A stretch of DNA of 64,000 nucleotides, taken from NCBI GenBank assembly GCA_040954595.2, contig CM082595.2, forward strand, positions 8,786,317-8,850,316. Reading direction: 5' to 3'. This document shows, piece after piece, positions 1 to 15,000 of the stretch. A model generated the notes under the pieces. It was not told the DNA's origin, did no database searches, and saw only the letters and a list, made by a program, of their open reading frames with translations. This stretch comes from Balanoglossus misakiensis (Eukaryota > Animalia > Hemichordata). Both the position numbers and the translations under genes were made by a program. Position 1 is the stretch's first letter; every line of letters starts with the position of its first letter.

Positions 1-3000
1 AAATCATAGGTTCGTCGATTTTTAAAAAAAAACATGGGTGAAAATCATCAAAAAACGACAAATTTTCGACTTTGCAAAATCTCAAAATTTCGTCGATTTT
101 TGAAAAAAATCATGGGAGAAAATCATCAAAAAATAACAAATTTTCGACTTTGCAAAATCTCAACATTTCGTCGATTTTTGAAAAAAATAATGGGTGAAAA
201 TCATCAAAAAATGACAAATTTTCGACTTTGCAAAATCTCAAAATTTCGTCAATTTTTGAAAAAATCATGGGTGAAAATCATCAAAAAATGACAAATTTTG
301 AAAAAACGGGCGAAAATCATCAAAAAATGACGCATTTTCGACTTTGCAAAATCTCAAAATTTCGTCAATTTTTGAAAAAATCATGGGTGAAAATCATCAA
401 AAAATGACAAATTTTGAAAAAAACGGGTGAAAATCATCAAAAACGACAAATTTTCGTCTTTGCAAAATCTCAAATTTTCGTCGATTTTTGAAAAAAAATC
501 ATGGGTGAAAATCATCAAAAAATGAAAAATTTTCGAATTTGCAAAATCTCAAAATTTCGTCGATTTTTGAAAAAAAATAATGGTTGAAAATCATCAAAAA
601 ATGACAAATTTTCGACTTTGCAAAATCTCAAAATTTCGTCGATTTTGAAAAAAATCATGGGTTCGTCGATTTTTTAAAAACAACATTGGTGAAAATCGTC
701 AAAAAATGACAAATTTTCGACTTTGCAAAATCTCAAAATTTCGTCGATTTAAAAAAAAAAATCATGGATGAAAATCATCAAAAAATGAAAAATTTTCGAC
801 TTCGTAAAATCTCAAAATTTTGTCTTTTTGTGAAAAAAATCATAGGTGAAAATTATCAAAAAATGACAAATTTTCGACTTTGCAAAAGCTCAAAATTTCG
901 TCCATTTTTGAAAAAAAATCATGGGTGAAAATCATCAAAAAATGACAAAATTTTCAACTTTGCAAAATCTCATAATTTCGTCGATTTTTGAAAAAAAATC
1001 ATGGGTGAAAATCATCAAAAAATGACAAAATTTTCGACTTTGTAAAATCACACAATTTCGTCGATTTTGAAAAAAATCATAGGTTCGTCGATTTTTTAAA
1101 AAAAAACATGGGTGAAAATCATCAAAAAACGACAAATTTTCGACTTTGCAAAATCTCAAAATTTCGTCGATTTTTGAAAAAAATCATGGGAGAAAATCAT
1201 CAAAAAATGACAAATTTTCGACTTTGCAAAATCTCAACATTTCGTCGATTTTTGAAAAAAATAATGGGTGAAAATCATCAAAAAATGACAAATTTTCGAC
1301 TTTGCAAAATCTCAAAATTTCGTCAATTTTTGAAAAAATCATGGGTGAAAATCATCAAAAAATGACAAAATTTTCGACTTTGCAAAATCTCATAATTTCG
1401 TCGATTTTGAAAAAAATCATAGGTTCGTCGATTTTTTAAAAAAAAACATGGGTGAAAATCATCAAAAAATGACAAATTTTTGACTTTGCAAAATCTCACA
1501 ATTTCGTCGATTTTTGAAAAAAATCATGGGTGAAAATCATCAAAAAATGACAAATTTTCGACTTTGCAAAATCTCAAAATTTCGTCAATTTTTGAAAAAA
1601 TCATGGGTTCGTCGATTTTTTAAAAACAACATTGGTGAAAATCATCAAAAAAGACAAATTTTTTACTTTGCAAAATGTCACAATTTCGTCGATTTTTGAA
1701 AAAAATAATGGTTGAAAATCATCAAAAAATGACAAATTTTCGACTTTGCAAAATCTCAAAATTTCGTCAATTTTTGAAAAAATCATGGGTGAAAATCATC
1801 AAAAAATGACAAATTTTGAAAAAAACGGGCGAAAATCATCAAAAAATGACACATTTTCGACTTTGCAAAATCTCAAAATTTCGTCAATTTTTGAAAAAAT
1901 CATGGGTGAAAATCATCAAAAAATGACAAATTTTGAAAAAAACGGGTGAAAATCATCAAAAACGACAAATTTTCGTCTTTGCAAAATCTCAAATTTTCGT
2001 CTATTTTTATAAAAAAAATCATGGGTGAAAATCATCAAAAAATGAAAAATTTTCGACTTTGCAAAATCTCAAAATTTCGTCGATTTTTGAAAAAAAGTAA
2101 TGGTTGAAAATCATCAAAAAATGACAAATTTTCGACTTTGCAAAAACTCAAAATTTCGTCGATTTTGAAAAAAATCATGGGTTCGTCGATTTTTTAAAAA
2201 CAACATTGGTGAAAATCATCAAAAAATGACAAATTTTCGACTTTGCAAAATCTCAAAATTTCGTCGATTTTAAAAAAAAAATCATGGATGAAAATCATCA
2301 AAAAATGAAAAATTTTCGACTTCGCAAAATCTCAAAATTTTGTCTTTTTTTGAAAAAAATCATAGGTGAAAATTATCAAAAAATGACAAATTTTCGACTT
2401 TGCAAAAGCTCAAAATTTCGTCCATTTTTGAAAAAAAATCATGGGTGAAAATCATCAAAAAATGACAAAATTTTCAACTTTGCAAAATCTCATAATTTCG
2501 TCGATTTTTGAAAAAAAATCATGGGTGAAAATCATCAAAAAATGACAAAATTTTCGACTTTGTAAAATCACAAAATTTCGTCGATTTCGAAAAAAATCAT
2601 AGGTTCGTCGATTTTTAAAAAAAAACATGGGTGAAAATCATCAAAAAATGACAAATTTTCGACTTTGCAAAATCTCAACATTTCGTCGATTTTTGAAAAA
2701 AATAATGGGTGAAAATCATCAAAAAATGACAAATTTTCGACTTTGCAAAATCTCAAAATTTCGTCAATTTTTGAAAAAATCATGGGTGAAAATCATCAAA
2801 AAATGACAAAATTTTCGACTTTGCAAAATCTCATAATTTCGTCGATTTTGAAAAAAATCATAGGTTCGTCGATTTTTAAAAAAAAAACATGGGTGAAAAT
2901 CATCAAAAAATGACAAATTTTTTACTTTGCAAAATCTCAAAATTTCGTCAATTTTTGAAAAAATCATGGGTTCGTCGATTTTTTAAAAACAACATTGGTG

Positions 3001-6000
3001 AAAATCATCAAAAAATGACAAATTTTCGACTTTGCAAAATCTCAAAATTTCGTCAATTTTTGAAAAAATCATGGGTGAAAATCATCAAAAAATGACAAAT
3101 TTTGAAAAAAACGGGTGAAAATCATCAAAAAATGACACATTTTCGACTTTGCAAAATCTCAAAATTTCGTCAATTTTTGAAAAAATCATGGGTGAAAATC
3201 ATCAAAAAATGACAAATTTTGAAAAAAAACGGGTGAAAATCGTCAAAAAATGACACATTTTCGACTTTGCAAAATCTCAAAATTTCGTCAATTTTTGAAA
3301 AAATCATGGGTGAAAATCATCAAAAAATGACAAAATTTTCGACTTTGTAAAATCACAAAATTTCGTCGATTTTGAAAAAAATCATAGGTTCGTCGATTTT
3401 TAAAAAAAAAACATGGGTGAAAATCATCAAAAAATGACAAATTTTTGACTTTGCAAAATCTCACAATTTCGTCGATTTTTGAAAAAAATCATGGGTGAAA
3501 ATCATCAAAAAATGTCAAATTTTCGACTTTGCAAAATCTCAAAATTTCGTCAATTTTTGAAAAAATCATGGGTTCGTCGATTTTTTAAAAACAACATTGG
3601 TGAAAATCATCAAAAAATGACAAATTTTTGACTTTGCAAAATCTCACAATTTCGTCGATTTTTGAAAAAAATAATGGTTGAAAATCATCAAAAAATGACA
3701 AATTTCCGACTTTGCAAAATCTCAAAATTTCGTCAATTTTTGAAAAAATCATGGGTGAAAATCATCAAAAAATGACAAATTTTGAAAAAAACGGGTGAAA
3801 ATCATCAAAAAATGACACATTTTCGACTTTGCAAAATCTCAAAATTTCGTCAATTTTTGAAAAAATCATGGGTGAAAATTATCAAAAAATGACAAAATTT
3901 TCGACTTTGTAAAATCACAAAATTTCGTCGATTTCGAAAAAAAATAATGGTTGAAAATCATCAAAAAATGACAAATTTTTGACTTTGCAAAATCTCAAAA
4001 TTTCGTCGATTTTGAAAAAAATCATGGGTTCGTCGATTTTTTAAAAACAACATTGGTGAAAATCATCAAAAAATGACAAATTTTCGACTTTTCAAAATCT
4101 CAAAATTTTGTCTTTTTTTGAAAAAAATCATAGGTGAAAATTATCAAAAAATGACAAATTTTCGACTTTGCAAAATCTCAAAATTTCGTCGATTTTAAAA
4201 AAAAAATCATGGATGAAAATCATCAAAAAATGAAAAATTTTCGACTTCGCAAAATCTCAAAATTTTGTCTTTTTTTGAAAAAAATCATAGGTGAAAATTA
4301 TCAAAAAATGACAAATTTTCGACTTTGCAAAAGCTCAAAATTTCGTCCATTTTTGAAAAAAAATCATGGGTGAAAATCATCAAAAAATGACAAAATTTTC
4401 AACTTTGCAAAATCTCATAATTTCGTCGATTTTTGAAAAAAAATCATGGGTGAAAATCATCAAAAAATGACAAAATTTTCGACTTTGTAAAATCACAAAA
4501 TTTCGTCGATTTCGAAAAAAATCATAGGTTCGTCGATTTTTAAAAAAAAACATGGGTGAAAATCATCAAAAAATGACAAATTTTCGACTTTGCAAAATCT
4601 CAACATTTCGTCGATTTTTGAAAAAAATAATGGGTGAAAATCATCAAAAAATGACAAATTTTCGACTTTGCAAAATCTCAAAATTTCGTCAATTTTTGAA
4701 AAAAATCATGGGTGAAAATCATCAAAAAATGACAAAATTTTCGACTTTGCAAAATCTCATAATTTCGTCGATTTTGAAAAAAATCATAGGTTCGTCGATT
4801 TTTAAAAAAAAAACATGGGTGAAAATCATCAAAAAATGACAAATTTTTTACTTTGCAAAAATCTCAAAATTTCGTCAATTTTTGAAAAAATCATGGGTTC
4901 GTCGATTTTTTAAAAACAACATTGGTGAAAATCATCAAAAAATGACAAATTTTCGACTTTGCAAAATCTCAAAATTTCGTCAATTTTTGAAAAAATCATG
5001 GGTGAAAATCATCAAAAAATGACAAATTTTGAAAAAACGGGTGAAAATCATCAAAAAATGACACATTTTCGACTTTGCAAAATCTCAAAATTTCGTCAAT
5101 TTTTGAAAAAATCATGGGTGAAAATCATCAAAAAATGACAAATTTTGAAAAAAAAACGGGTGAAAATCGTCAAAAAATGACACATTTTCGACTTTGCAAA
5201 ATCTCAAAATTTCGTCAATTTTTGAAAAAATCATGGGTGAAAATCATCAAAAAATGACAAAATTTTCGACTTTGTAAAATCACAAAATTTCGTCGATTTT
5301 GAAAAAAATCATAGGTTCGTCGATTTTTAAAAAAAAAACATGGGTGAAAATCATCAAAAAATGACAAATTTTTGACTTTGCAAAATCTCACAATTTCGTC
5401 GATTTTTGAAAAAAATCATGGGTGAAAATCATCAAAAAATGTCAAATTTTCGACTTTGCAAAATCTCAAAATTTCGTCAATTTTTGAAAAAATCATGGGT
5501 TCGTCGATTTTTTAAAAACAACATTGGTGAAAATCATCAAAAAATGACAAATTTTTGACTTTGCAAAATCTCACAATTTCGTCGATTTTTGAAAAAAAAT
5601 AATGGTTGAAAATCATCAAAAAATGACAAATTTCCGACTTTGCAAAATCTCAAAATTTCGTCAATTTTTGAAAAAATCATGGGTGAAAATCATCAAAAAA
5701 TGACAAATTTTGAAAAAAACGGGTGAAAATCATCAAAAAATGACACATTTTCGACTTTGCAAAATCTCAAAATTTCGTCAATTTTTGAAAAAATCATGGG
5801 TGAAAATTATCAAAAAATGACAAAATTTTCGACTTTGTAAAATCACAAAATTTCGTCGATTTCGAAAAAAAATAATGGTTGAAAATCATCAAAAAATGAC
5901 AAATTTTTGACTTTGCAAAATCTCAAAATTTCGTCGATTTTGAAAAAAATCATGGGTTCGTCGATTTTTTAAAAACAACATTGGTGAAAATCATCAAAAA

Positions 6001-9000
6001 ATGACAAATTTTCGACTTTTCAAAATCTCAAAATTTTGTCTTTTTTTGAAAAAAATCATAGGTGAAAATTATCAAAAAATGACAAATTTTCGACTTTGCA
6101 AAATCTCAAAATTTCGTCGATTTTAAAAAAAAAATCATGGATGAAAATCATCAAAAAATGAAAAATTTTCGACTTCGCAAAATCTCAAAATTTTGTCTTT
6201 TTTTGAAAAAAATCATAGGTGAAAATTATCAAAAAATGACAAATTTTCGACTTTGCAAAAGCTCAAAATTTCGTCCATTTTTGAAAAAAAATTATGGGTG
6301 AAAATCATCAAAAAATGACAAAATTTTCAACTTTGCAAAATCTCATAATTTCGTCGATTTTTGAAAAAAAATCATGGGTGAAAATCATCAAAAAATGACA
6401 AAATTTTCGACTTTGTAAAATCACAAAATTTCGTCTATTTTGAAAAAAATCATGGGTGAAAATCATCAAAAAATGAAAAATTTTCGACTTTTCAAAATCT
6501 CAAAATTTTGTCTTTTTTTGAAAAAAATCATAGGTGAAAATTATCAAAAAATGACAAATTTTCGACTTTGCAAAATCTCAAAATTTCGTCGATTTTTGAA
6601 AAAAAATAATGGTTGAAAATCATCAAAAATGACAAATTTTCGACTTTGCAAAATCTCAAAATTTCGTCGATTTTGAAAAAAATCATGGGTTCGTCGATTT
6701 TTTAAAAACAACATTGGTGAAAATCATCAAAAAATGACAAATTTTCGACTTTGCAAAATCTCAAAATATCGTCAATTTTTAAAAAAAAATCATGGATGAA
6801 AATCATCAAAAAATGACAAATTTTCGACTTTGCAAAATCTCAAAATTTCATCAATTTTTGAAAAAATCATGGGTGAAAATCATCAAAAAATGACAAAATT
6901 TTCAACTTTGCAAAATCTCAAAATTTCGTCGATTTTAAAAAAAAAATCATGGATGAAAATCATCAAAAAATGAAAAATTTTCGACTTCGCAAAATCTCAA
7001 AATTTTGTCTTTTTTTGAAAAAAATCATAGGTGAAAATCATCAAAAAATGACAAATTTTCGACTTCGCAAAAGCTCAAAATTTCGTCCATTTTTGAAAAA
7101 AAATCATGGGTGAAAATCATCAAAAAATGACAAATTTTCGACTTTGCAAAATCTCAAAATTTCATCAATTTTTGAAAAAATCATGGGTGAAAATCATCAA
7201 AAAATGACAAAATTTTCAACTTTGCAAAATCTCAAAATTTCGTCGATTTTTGAAAAAAAATCATGGTTGAAAATCATCAAAAAATGACAAAATTTTCGAG
7301 TTTGCAAAATCACACAATTTCGTCGATTTTGAAAAAAATCATAGGTTCGTCGATTTTTAAAAAAAAAACATGGGTGAAAATCATCAAAAAATGACAAATT
7401 TTCGACTTTGCAAAATCTCAAATTTCGTCGATTTTTGAAAAAAAATCATGGAGGAAAATCATTAAAAATGACAAATTTACGACTGAAAAATCTCAAAATT
7501 TCGTCGATTTGTGAAAAAAAATCATGGGTGAAAATCATCAAAAAATGACAAATTTTCGACTTTGCAAAATCTCACAATTTCGTCGATTTTTGAAAAAAAT
7601 AATGGTTGAAAATCATCAAAAAATGACAAATTTTCGACTTTGCAAAATCTCAAAATTTCGTCAATTTTTGAAAAAATCATGGGTGAAAATCATCAAAAAA
7701 TGACAAATTTTGAAAAAAAACGGGCGAAAATCATCAAAAAATGACGCATTTTCGACTTTGCAAAATCTCAAAATTTCGTCAATTTTTGAAAAAATCATGG
7801 GTGAAAATCATCAAAAAATGACAAATTTTGAAAAAAACGGGTGAAAATCATCAAAAACGACAAATTTTCGTCTTTGCAAAATCTCAAATTTTCGTCGATT
7901 TTTGAAAAAAAATCATGGGTGAAAATCATCAAAAAATGAAAAATTTTCGAATTTGCAAAATCTCAAAATTTCGTCGATTTTTGAAAAAAAATAATGGTTG
8001 AAAATCATCAAAAAATGACAAATTTTCGACTTTGCAAAATCTCAAAATTTCGTCGATTTTGAAAAAAATCATGGGTTCGTCGATTTTTTAAAAACAACAT
8101 TGGTGAAAATCGTCAAAAAATGACAAATTTTCGACTTTGCAAAATCTCAAAATTTCGTCGATTTAAAAAAAAAAATCATGGATGAAAATCATCAAAAAAT
8201 GAAAAATTTTCGACTTCGTAAAATCTCAAAATTTTGTCTTTTTGTGAAAAAAATCATAGGTGAAAATTATCAAAAAATGACAAATTTTCGACTTTGCAAA
8301 AGCTCAAAATTTCGTCCATTTTTGAAAAAAAATCATGGGTGAAAATCATCAAAAAATGACAAAATTTTCAACTTTGCAAAATCTCATAATTTCGTCGATT
8401 TTTGAAAAAAAATCATGGGTGAAAATCATCAAAAAATGACAAAATTTTCGACTTTGTAAAATCACACAATTTCGTCGATTTTGAAAAAAATCATAGGTTC
8501 GTCGATTTTTAAAAAAAAAACATGGGTGAAAATCATCAAAAAACGACAAATTTTCGACTTTGCAAAATCTCAAAATTTCGTCGATTTTTGAAAAAAATCA
8601 TGGGAGAAAATCATCAAAAAATAACAAATTTTCGACTTTGCAAAATCTCAACATTTCGTCGATTTTTGAAAAAAATAATGGGTGAAAATCATCAAAAAAT
8701 GACAAATTTTCGACTTTGCAAAATCTCAAAATTTCGTCAATTTTTGAAAAAATCATGGGTGAAAATCATCAAAAAATGACAAATTTTGAAAAAAACGGGC
8801 GAAAATCATCAAAAAAATGACGCATTTTCGACTTTGCAAAATCTCAAAATTTCGTCAATTTTTGAAAAAATCATGGGTGAAAATCATCAAAAAATGACAA
8901 ATTTTGAAAAAAACGGGTGAAAATCATCAAAAACGACAAATTTTCGTCTTTGCAAAATCTCAAATTTTCGTCGATTTTTGAAAAAAAATCATGGGTGAAA

Positions 9001-12000
9001 ATCATCAAAAAATGAAAAATTTTCGAATTTGCAAAATCTCAAAATTTCGTCGATTTTTGAAAAAAAATAATGGTTGAAAATCATCAAAAAATGACAAATT
9101 TTCGACTTTGCAAAATCTCAAAATTTCGTCGATTTTGAAAAAAATCATGGGTTCGTCGATTTTTTAAAAACAACATTGGTGAAAATCGTCAAAAAATGAC
9201 AAATTTTCGACTTTGCAAAATCTCAAAATTTCGTCGATTTAAAAAAAAAAATCATGGATGAAAATCATCAAAAAATGAAAAATTTTCGACTTCGTAAAAT
9301 CTCAAAATTTTGTCTTTTTGTGAAAAAAATCATAGGTGAAAATTATCAAAAAATGACAAATTTTCGACTTTGCAAAAGCTCAAAATTTCGTCCATTTTTG
9401 AAAAAAAATCATGGGTGAAAATCATCAAAAAATGACAAAATTTTCAACTTTGCAAAATCTCATAATTTCGTCGATTTTTGAAAAAAAATCATGGGTGAAA
9501 ATCATCAAAAAATGACAAAATTTTCGACTTTGTAAAATCACACAATTTCGTCGATTTTGAAAAAAATCATAGGTTCGTCGATTTTTAAAAAAAAAACATG
9601 GGTGAAAATCATCAAAAAACGACAAATTTTCGACTTTGCAAAATCTCAAAATTTCGTCGATTTTTGAAAAAAATCATGGGAGAAAATCATCAAAAAATAA
9701 CAAATTTTCGACTTTGCAAAATCTCAACATTTCGTCGATTTTTGAAAAAAATAATGGGTGAAAATCATCAAAAAATGACAAATTTTCGACTTTGCAAAAT
9801 CTCAAAATTTCGTCAATTTTTGAAAAAATCATGGGTGAAAATCATCAAAAAATGACAAAATTTTCGACTTTGCAAAATCTCATAATTTCGTCGATTTTGA
9901 AAAAAATCATAGGTTCGTCGATTTTTTAAAAAAAAACATGGGTGAAAATCATCAAAAAATGACAAATTTTTGACTTTGCAAAATCTCACAATTTCGTCGA
10001 TTTTTGAAAAAAATCATGGGTGAAAATCATCAAAAAATGACAAATTTTCGACTTTGCAAAATCTCAAAATTTCGTCAATTTTTGAAAAAATCATGGGTTC
10101 GTCGATTTTTTAAAAACAACATTGGTGAAAATCATCAAAAAAGACAAATTTTTTACTTTGCAAAATCTCACAATTTCGTCGATTTTTGAAAAAAATAATG
10201 GTTGAAAATCATCAAAAAATGACAAATTTTCGACTTTGCAAAATCTCAAAATTTCGTCAATTTTTGAAAAAATCATGGGTGAAAATCATCAAAAAATGAC
10301 AAATTTTGAAAAAAACGGGCGAAAATCATCAAAAAATGACACATTTTCGACTTTGCAAAATCTCAAAATTTCGTCAATTTTTGAAAAAATCATGGGTGAA
10401 AATCATCAAAAAATGACAAATTTTGAAAAAAACGGGTGAAAATCATCAAAAACGACAAATTTTCGTCTTTGCAAAATCTCAAATTTTCGTCGATTTTTGA
10501 AAAAAAATCATGGGTGAAAATCATCAAAAAATGAAAAATTTTCGACTTTGCAAAATCTCAAAATTTCGTCGATTTTTGAAAAAAAATAATGGTTGAAAAT
10601 CATCAAAAAATGACAAATTTTCGACTTTGCAAAATCTCAAAATTTCGTCGATTTTGAAAAAAATCATGGGTTCGTCGATTTTTTAAAAACAACATTGGTG
10701 AAAATCATCAAAAACTGACAAATTTTCGACTTTGCAAAATCTCAAAATTTCGTCGATTTTAAAAAAAAAATCATGGATGAAAATCATCAAAAAATGAAAA
10801 ATTTTCGACTTCGCAAAATCTCAAAATTTTGTCTTTTTTTGAAAAAAATCATAGGTGAAAATTATCAAAAAATGACAAATTTTCGACTTTGCAAAAGCTC
10901 AAAATTTCGTCCATTTTTGAAAAAAAATCATGGGTGAAAATCATCAAAAAATGACAAAATTTTCAACTTTGCAAAATCTCATAATTTCGTCGATTTTTGA
11001 AAAAAAATCATGGGTGAAAATCATCAAAAAATGACAAAATTTTCGACTTTGTAAAATCACACAATTTCGTCGATTTTGAAAAAAATCATAGGTTCGTCGA
11101 TTTTTTAAAAAAAAACATGGGTGAAAATCATCAAAAAACGACAAATTTTCGACTTTGCAAAATCTCAAAATTTCGTCGATTTTTGAAAAAAATCATGGGA
11201 GAAAATCATCAAAAAATGACAAATTTTCGACTTTGCAAAATCTCAACATTTCGTCGATTTTTGAAAAAAATAATGGGTGAAAATCATCAAAAAATGACAA
11301 ATTTTTGACTTTGCAAAATCTCATAATTTCGTCGATTTTTGAAAAAAAATCATGGGTGAAAATCATCAAAAAATGACAAAATTTTCGACTTTGTAAAATC
11401 ACACAATTTCGTCGATTTTGAAAAAAATCATAGGTTCGTCGATTTTTTAAAAAAAAACATGGGTGAAAATCATCAAAAAATGACAAATTTTTGACTTTGC
11501 AAAATCTCACAATTTCGTCGATTTTTGAAAAAAATCATGGGTGAAAATCATCAAAAAATGACAAATTTTCGACTTTGCAAAATCTCAAAATTTCGTCAAT
11601 TTTTGAAAAAATCATGGGTTCGTCGATTTTTTAAAAACAACATTGGTGAAAATCATCAAAAAAGACAAATTTTTTACTTTGCAAAATGTCACAATTTCGT
11701 CGATTTTTGAAAAAAATAATGGTTGAAAATCATCAAAAAATGACAAATTTTCGACTTTGCAAAATCTCAAAATTTCGTCAATTTTTGAAAAAATCATGGG
11801 TGAAAATCATCAAAAAATGACAAATTTTGAAAAAAACGGGCGAAAATCATCAAAAAATGACACATTTTCGACTTTGCAAAATCTCAAAATTTCGTCAATT
11901 TTTGAAAAAATCATGGGTGAAAATCATCAAAAAATGACAAATTTTGAAAAAAACGGGTGAAAATCATCAAAAACGACAAATTTTCGTCTTTGCAAAATCT

Positions 12001-15000
12001 CAAATTTTCGTCTATTTTTATAAAAAAAATCATGGGTGAAAATCATCAAAAAATGAAAAATTTTCGACTTTGCAAAATCTCAAAATTTCGTCGATTTTTG
12101 AAAAAAAGTAATGGTTGAAAATCATCAAAAAATGACAAATTTTCGACTTTGCAAAAACTCAAAATTTCGTCGATTTTGAAAAAAATCATGGGTTCGTCGA
12201 TTTTTTAAAAACAACATTGGTGAAAATCATCAAAAAATGACAAATTTTCGACTTTGCAAAATCTCAAAATTTCGTCGATTTTAAAAAAAAAATCATGGAT
12301 GAAAATCATCAAAAAATGAAAAATTTTCGACTTCGCAAAATCTCAAAATTTTGTCTTTTTTTGAAAAAAATCATAGGTGAAAATTATCAAAAAATGACAA
12401 ATTTTCGACTTTGCAAAAGCTCAAAATTTCGTCCATTTTTGAAAAAAAATCATGGGTGAAAATCATCAAAAAATGACAAAATTTTCAACTTTGCAAAATC
12501 TCATAATTTCGTCGATTTTTGAAAAAAAATCATGGGTGAAAATCATCAAAAAATGACAAAATTTTCGACTTTGTAAAATCACAAAATTTCGTCGATTTCG
12601 AAAAAAATCATAGGTTCGTCGATTTTTAAAAAAAAAACATGGGTGAAAATCATCAAAAAATGACAAATTTTCGACTTTGCAAAATCTCACAATTTCGTCG
12701 ATTTTTGAAAAAAATCATGGGAGAAAATCATCAAAAAATGACAAATTTTCGACTTTGCAAAATCTCAACATTTCGTCGATTTTTGAAAAAAATAATGGAT
12801 GAAAATCATCAAAAAATGACAAATTTTCGACTTTGCAAAATCTCAAAATTTCGTCAATTTTTGAAAAAATCATGGGTGAAAATCATCAAAAAATGACAAA
12901 ATTTTCGACTTTGCAAAATCTCATAATTTCGTCGATTTTTGAAAAAAATCATGGGTGAAAATCATCAAAAAATGTCAAATTTTTCGACTTTGCAAAAACT
13001 CAAAATTTCGTCGATTTTGAAAAAAATCATAGGTTCGTCGATTTTTTAAAAAAAAACATGGGTGAATATCATCAAAAAATGACAAATTTTTGACTTTGCA
13101 AAATCTCAAAATTTCGTCAATTTTGAAAAAAATCATGGGTGAAAATTATCAAAAAATGACAAATTTTCGACTGCAAATCTCAAAATTTCGTCGATTTTTG
13201 AAAAAATCATGGGTGAAAATCATGAAAAAATGACAAATTTTCGACTTTGCAAAATCTGAAAATATCGTCAATTTTTAAAAAAAAATCATGGATGAAAATC
13301 ATCAAAAAATGACAAATTTTCGACTTTGCAAAATCTCAAAATTTCATCAATTTTTGAAAAAATCATGGGTGAAAATTATCAAAAAATGACAAATTTTCGA
13401 CTTTGCAAAATCTCAAAATTTCGTCGATTTTTGAAAAAAAATAATGGTTGAAAATCATCAAAAAATTACAAATTTTCGACTTTGCAAAAACTCAAAATTT
13501 CGTCGATTTTGAAAAAAATCATAGGTTCGTCGATTTTTTAAAAAAAAACATGGGTGAATATCATCAAAAAATGACAAATTTTCGACTTTGCAAAATCTCA
13601 CAATTTCGTCGATTTTTGAAAAAAATCATGGTTGAAAATCATCAAAAAATGACAAATTTTCGACTTTGCAAAATCTCAAAATTTCGTCAATTTTTGAAAA
13701 AATCATGGGTTCGTCGATTTTTTAAAAACAACATTGGTGAAAATCATCAAAAAATGACAAATTTTTGACTTTGCAAAATCTCACAATTTCGTCGATTTTT
13801 GAAAAAAATAATGGTTGAAAATCATCAAAAAATGACAAATTTTCGACTTTGCAAAATCTCAAAATTTCGTCAATTTTTGAAAAATTCATGGGTGAAAATC
13901 ATCAAAAAATGACAAATTTTGAAAAAAACGGGTGAAAATCATCAAAAAATGACACATTTTCGACTTTGCAAAATCTCAAAATTTCGTCAATTTTTGAAAA
14001 AATCATGGGTGAAAATCATCAAAAAATGACAAAATTTTCGACTTTGCAAAATCTCAAAATTTCGTCGATTTTGAAAAAAATCACAGGTTCGTCGATTTTT
14101 TAAAAACAACATTGGTGAAAATCATCAAAAAAGACAAATTTTTTACTTTGCAAAATCTCACAATTTCGTCGATTTTTGAAAAAAATAATGGTTGAAAATC
14201 ATCAAAAAATGACAAATTTTCGACTTTGCAAAATCTCAAAATTTCGTCAATTTTTGAAAAAATCATGGGTGAAAATCATCAAAAAATGACAAATTTTGAA
14301 AAAAACGGGCGAAAATCATCAAAAAATGACACATTTTCGACTTTGCAAAATCTCAAAATTTCGTCAATTTTTGAAAAAATCATGGGTGAAAATCATCAAA
14401 AAATGACAAATTTTGAAAAAAACGGGTGAAAATCATCAAAAACGACAAATTTTCGTCTTTGCAAAATCTCAAATTTTCGTCGATTTTTGAAAAAAAATCA
14501 TGGGTGAAAATCATCAAAAAATGACAAATTTTCGACTTTGCAAAATCTCAAAATTTCGTCAATTTTTGAAAAAATCATGGGTTCGTCGATTTTTTAAAAA
14601 CAACATTGGTGAAAATCATCAAAAAATGACACATTTTCGACTTTGCAAAATCTCAAAATTTCGTCAATTTTTGAAAAAATCATGGGTGAAAATCATCAAA
14701 AAATGACAAAATTTTCGACTTTGCAAAATCTCAAAATTTCGTCGATTTTGAAAAAAATCACAGGTTCGTCGATTTTTTAAAAACAACATTGGTGAAAATC
14801 ATCAAAAAAGACAAATTTTTTACTTTGCAAAATCTCACAATTTCGTCGATTTTTGAAAAAAATAATGGTTGAAAATCATCAAAAAATGACAAATTTTCGA
14901 CTTTGCAAAATCTCAAAATTTCGTCAATTTTTGAAAAAATCATGGGTGAAAATCATCAAAAAATGACAAATTTTGAAAAAAACGGGCGAAAATCATCAAA

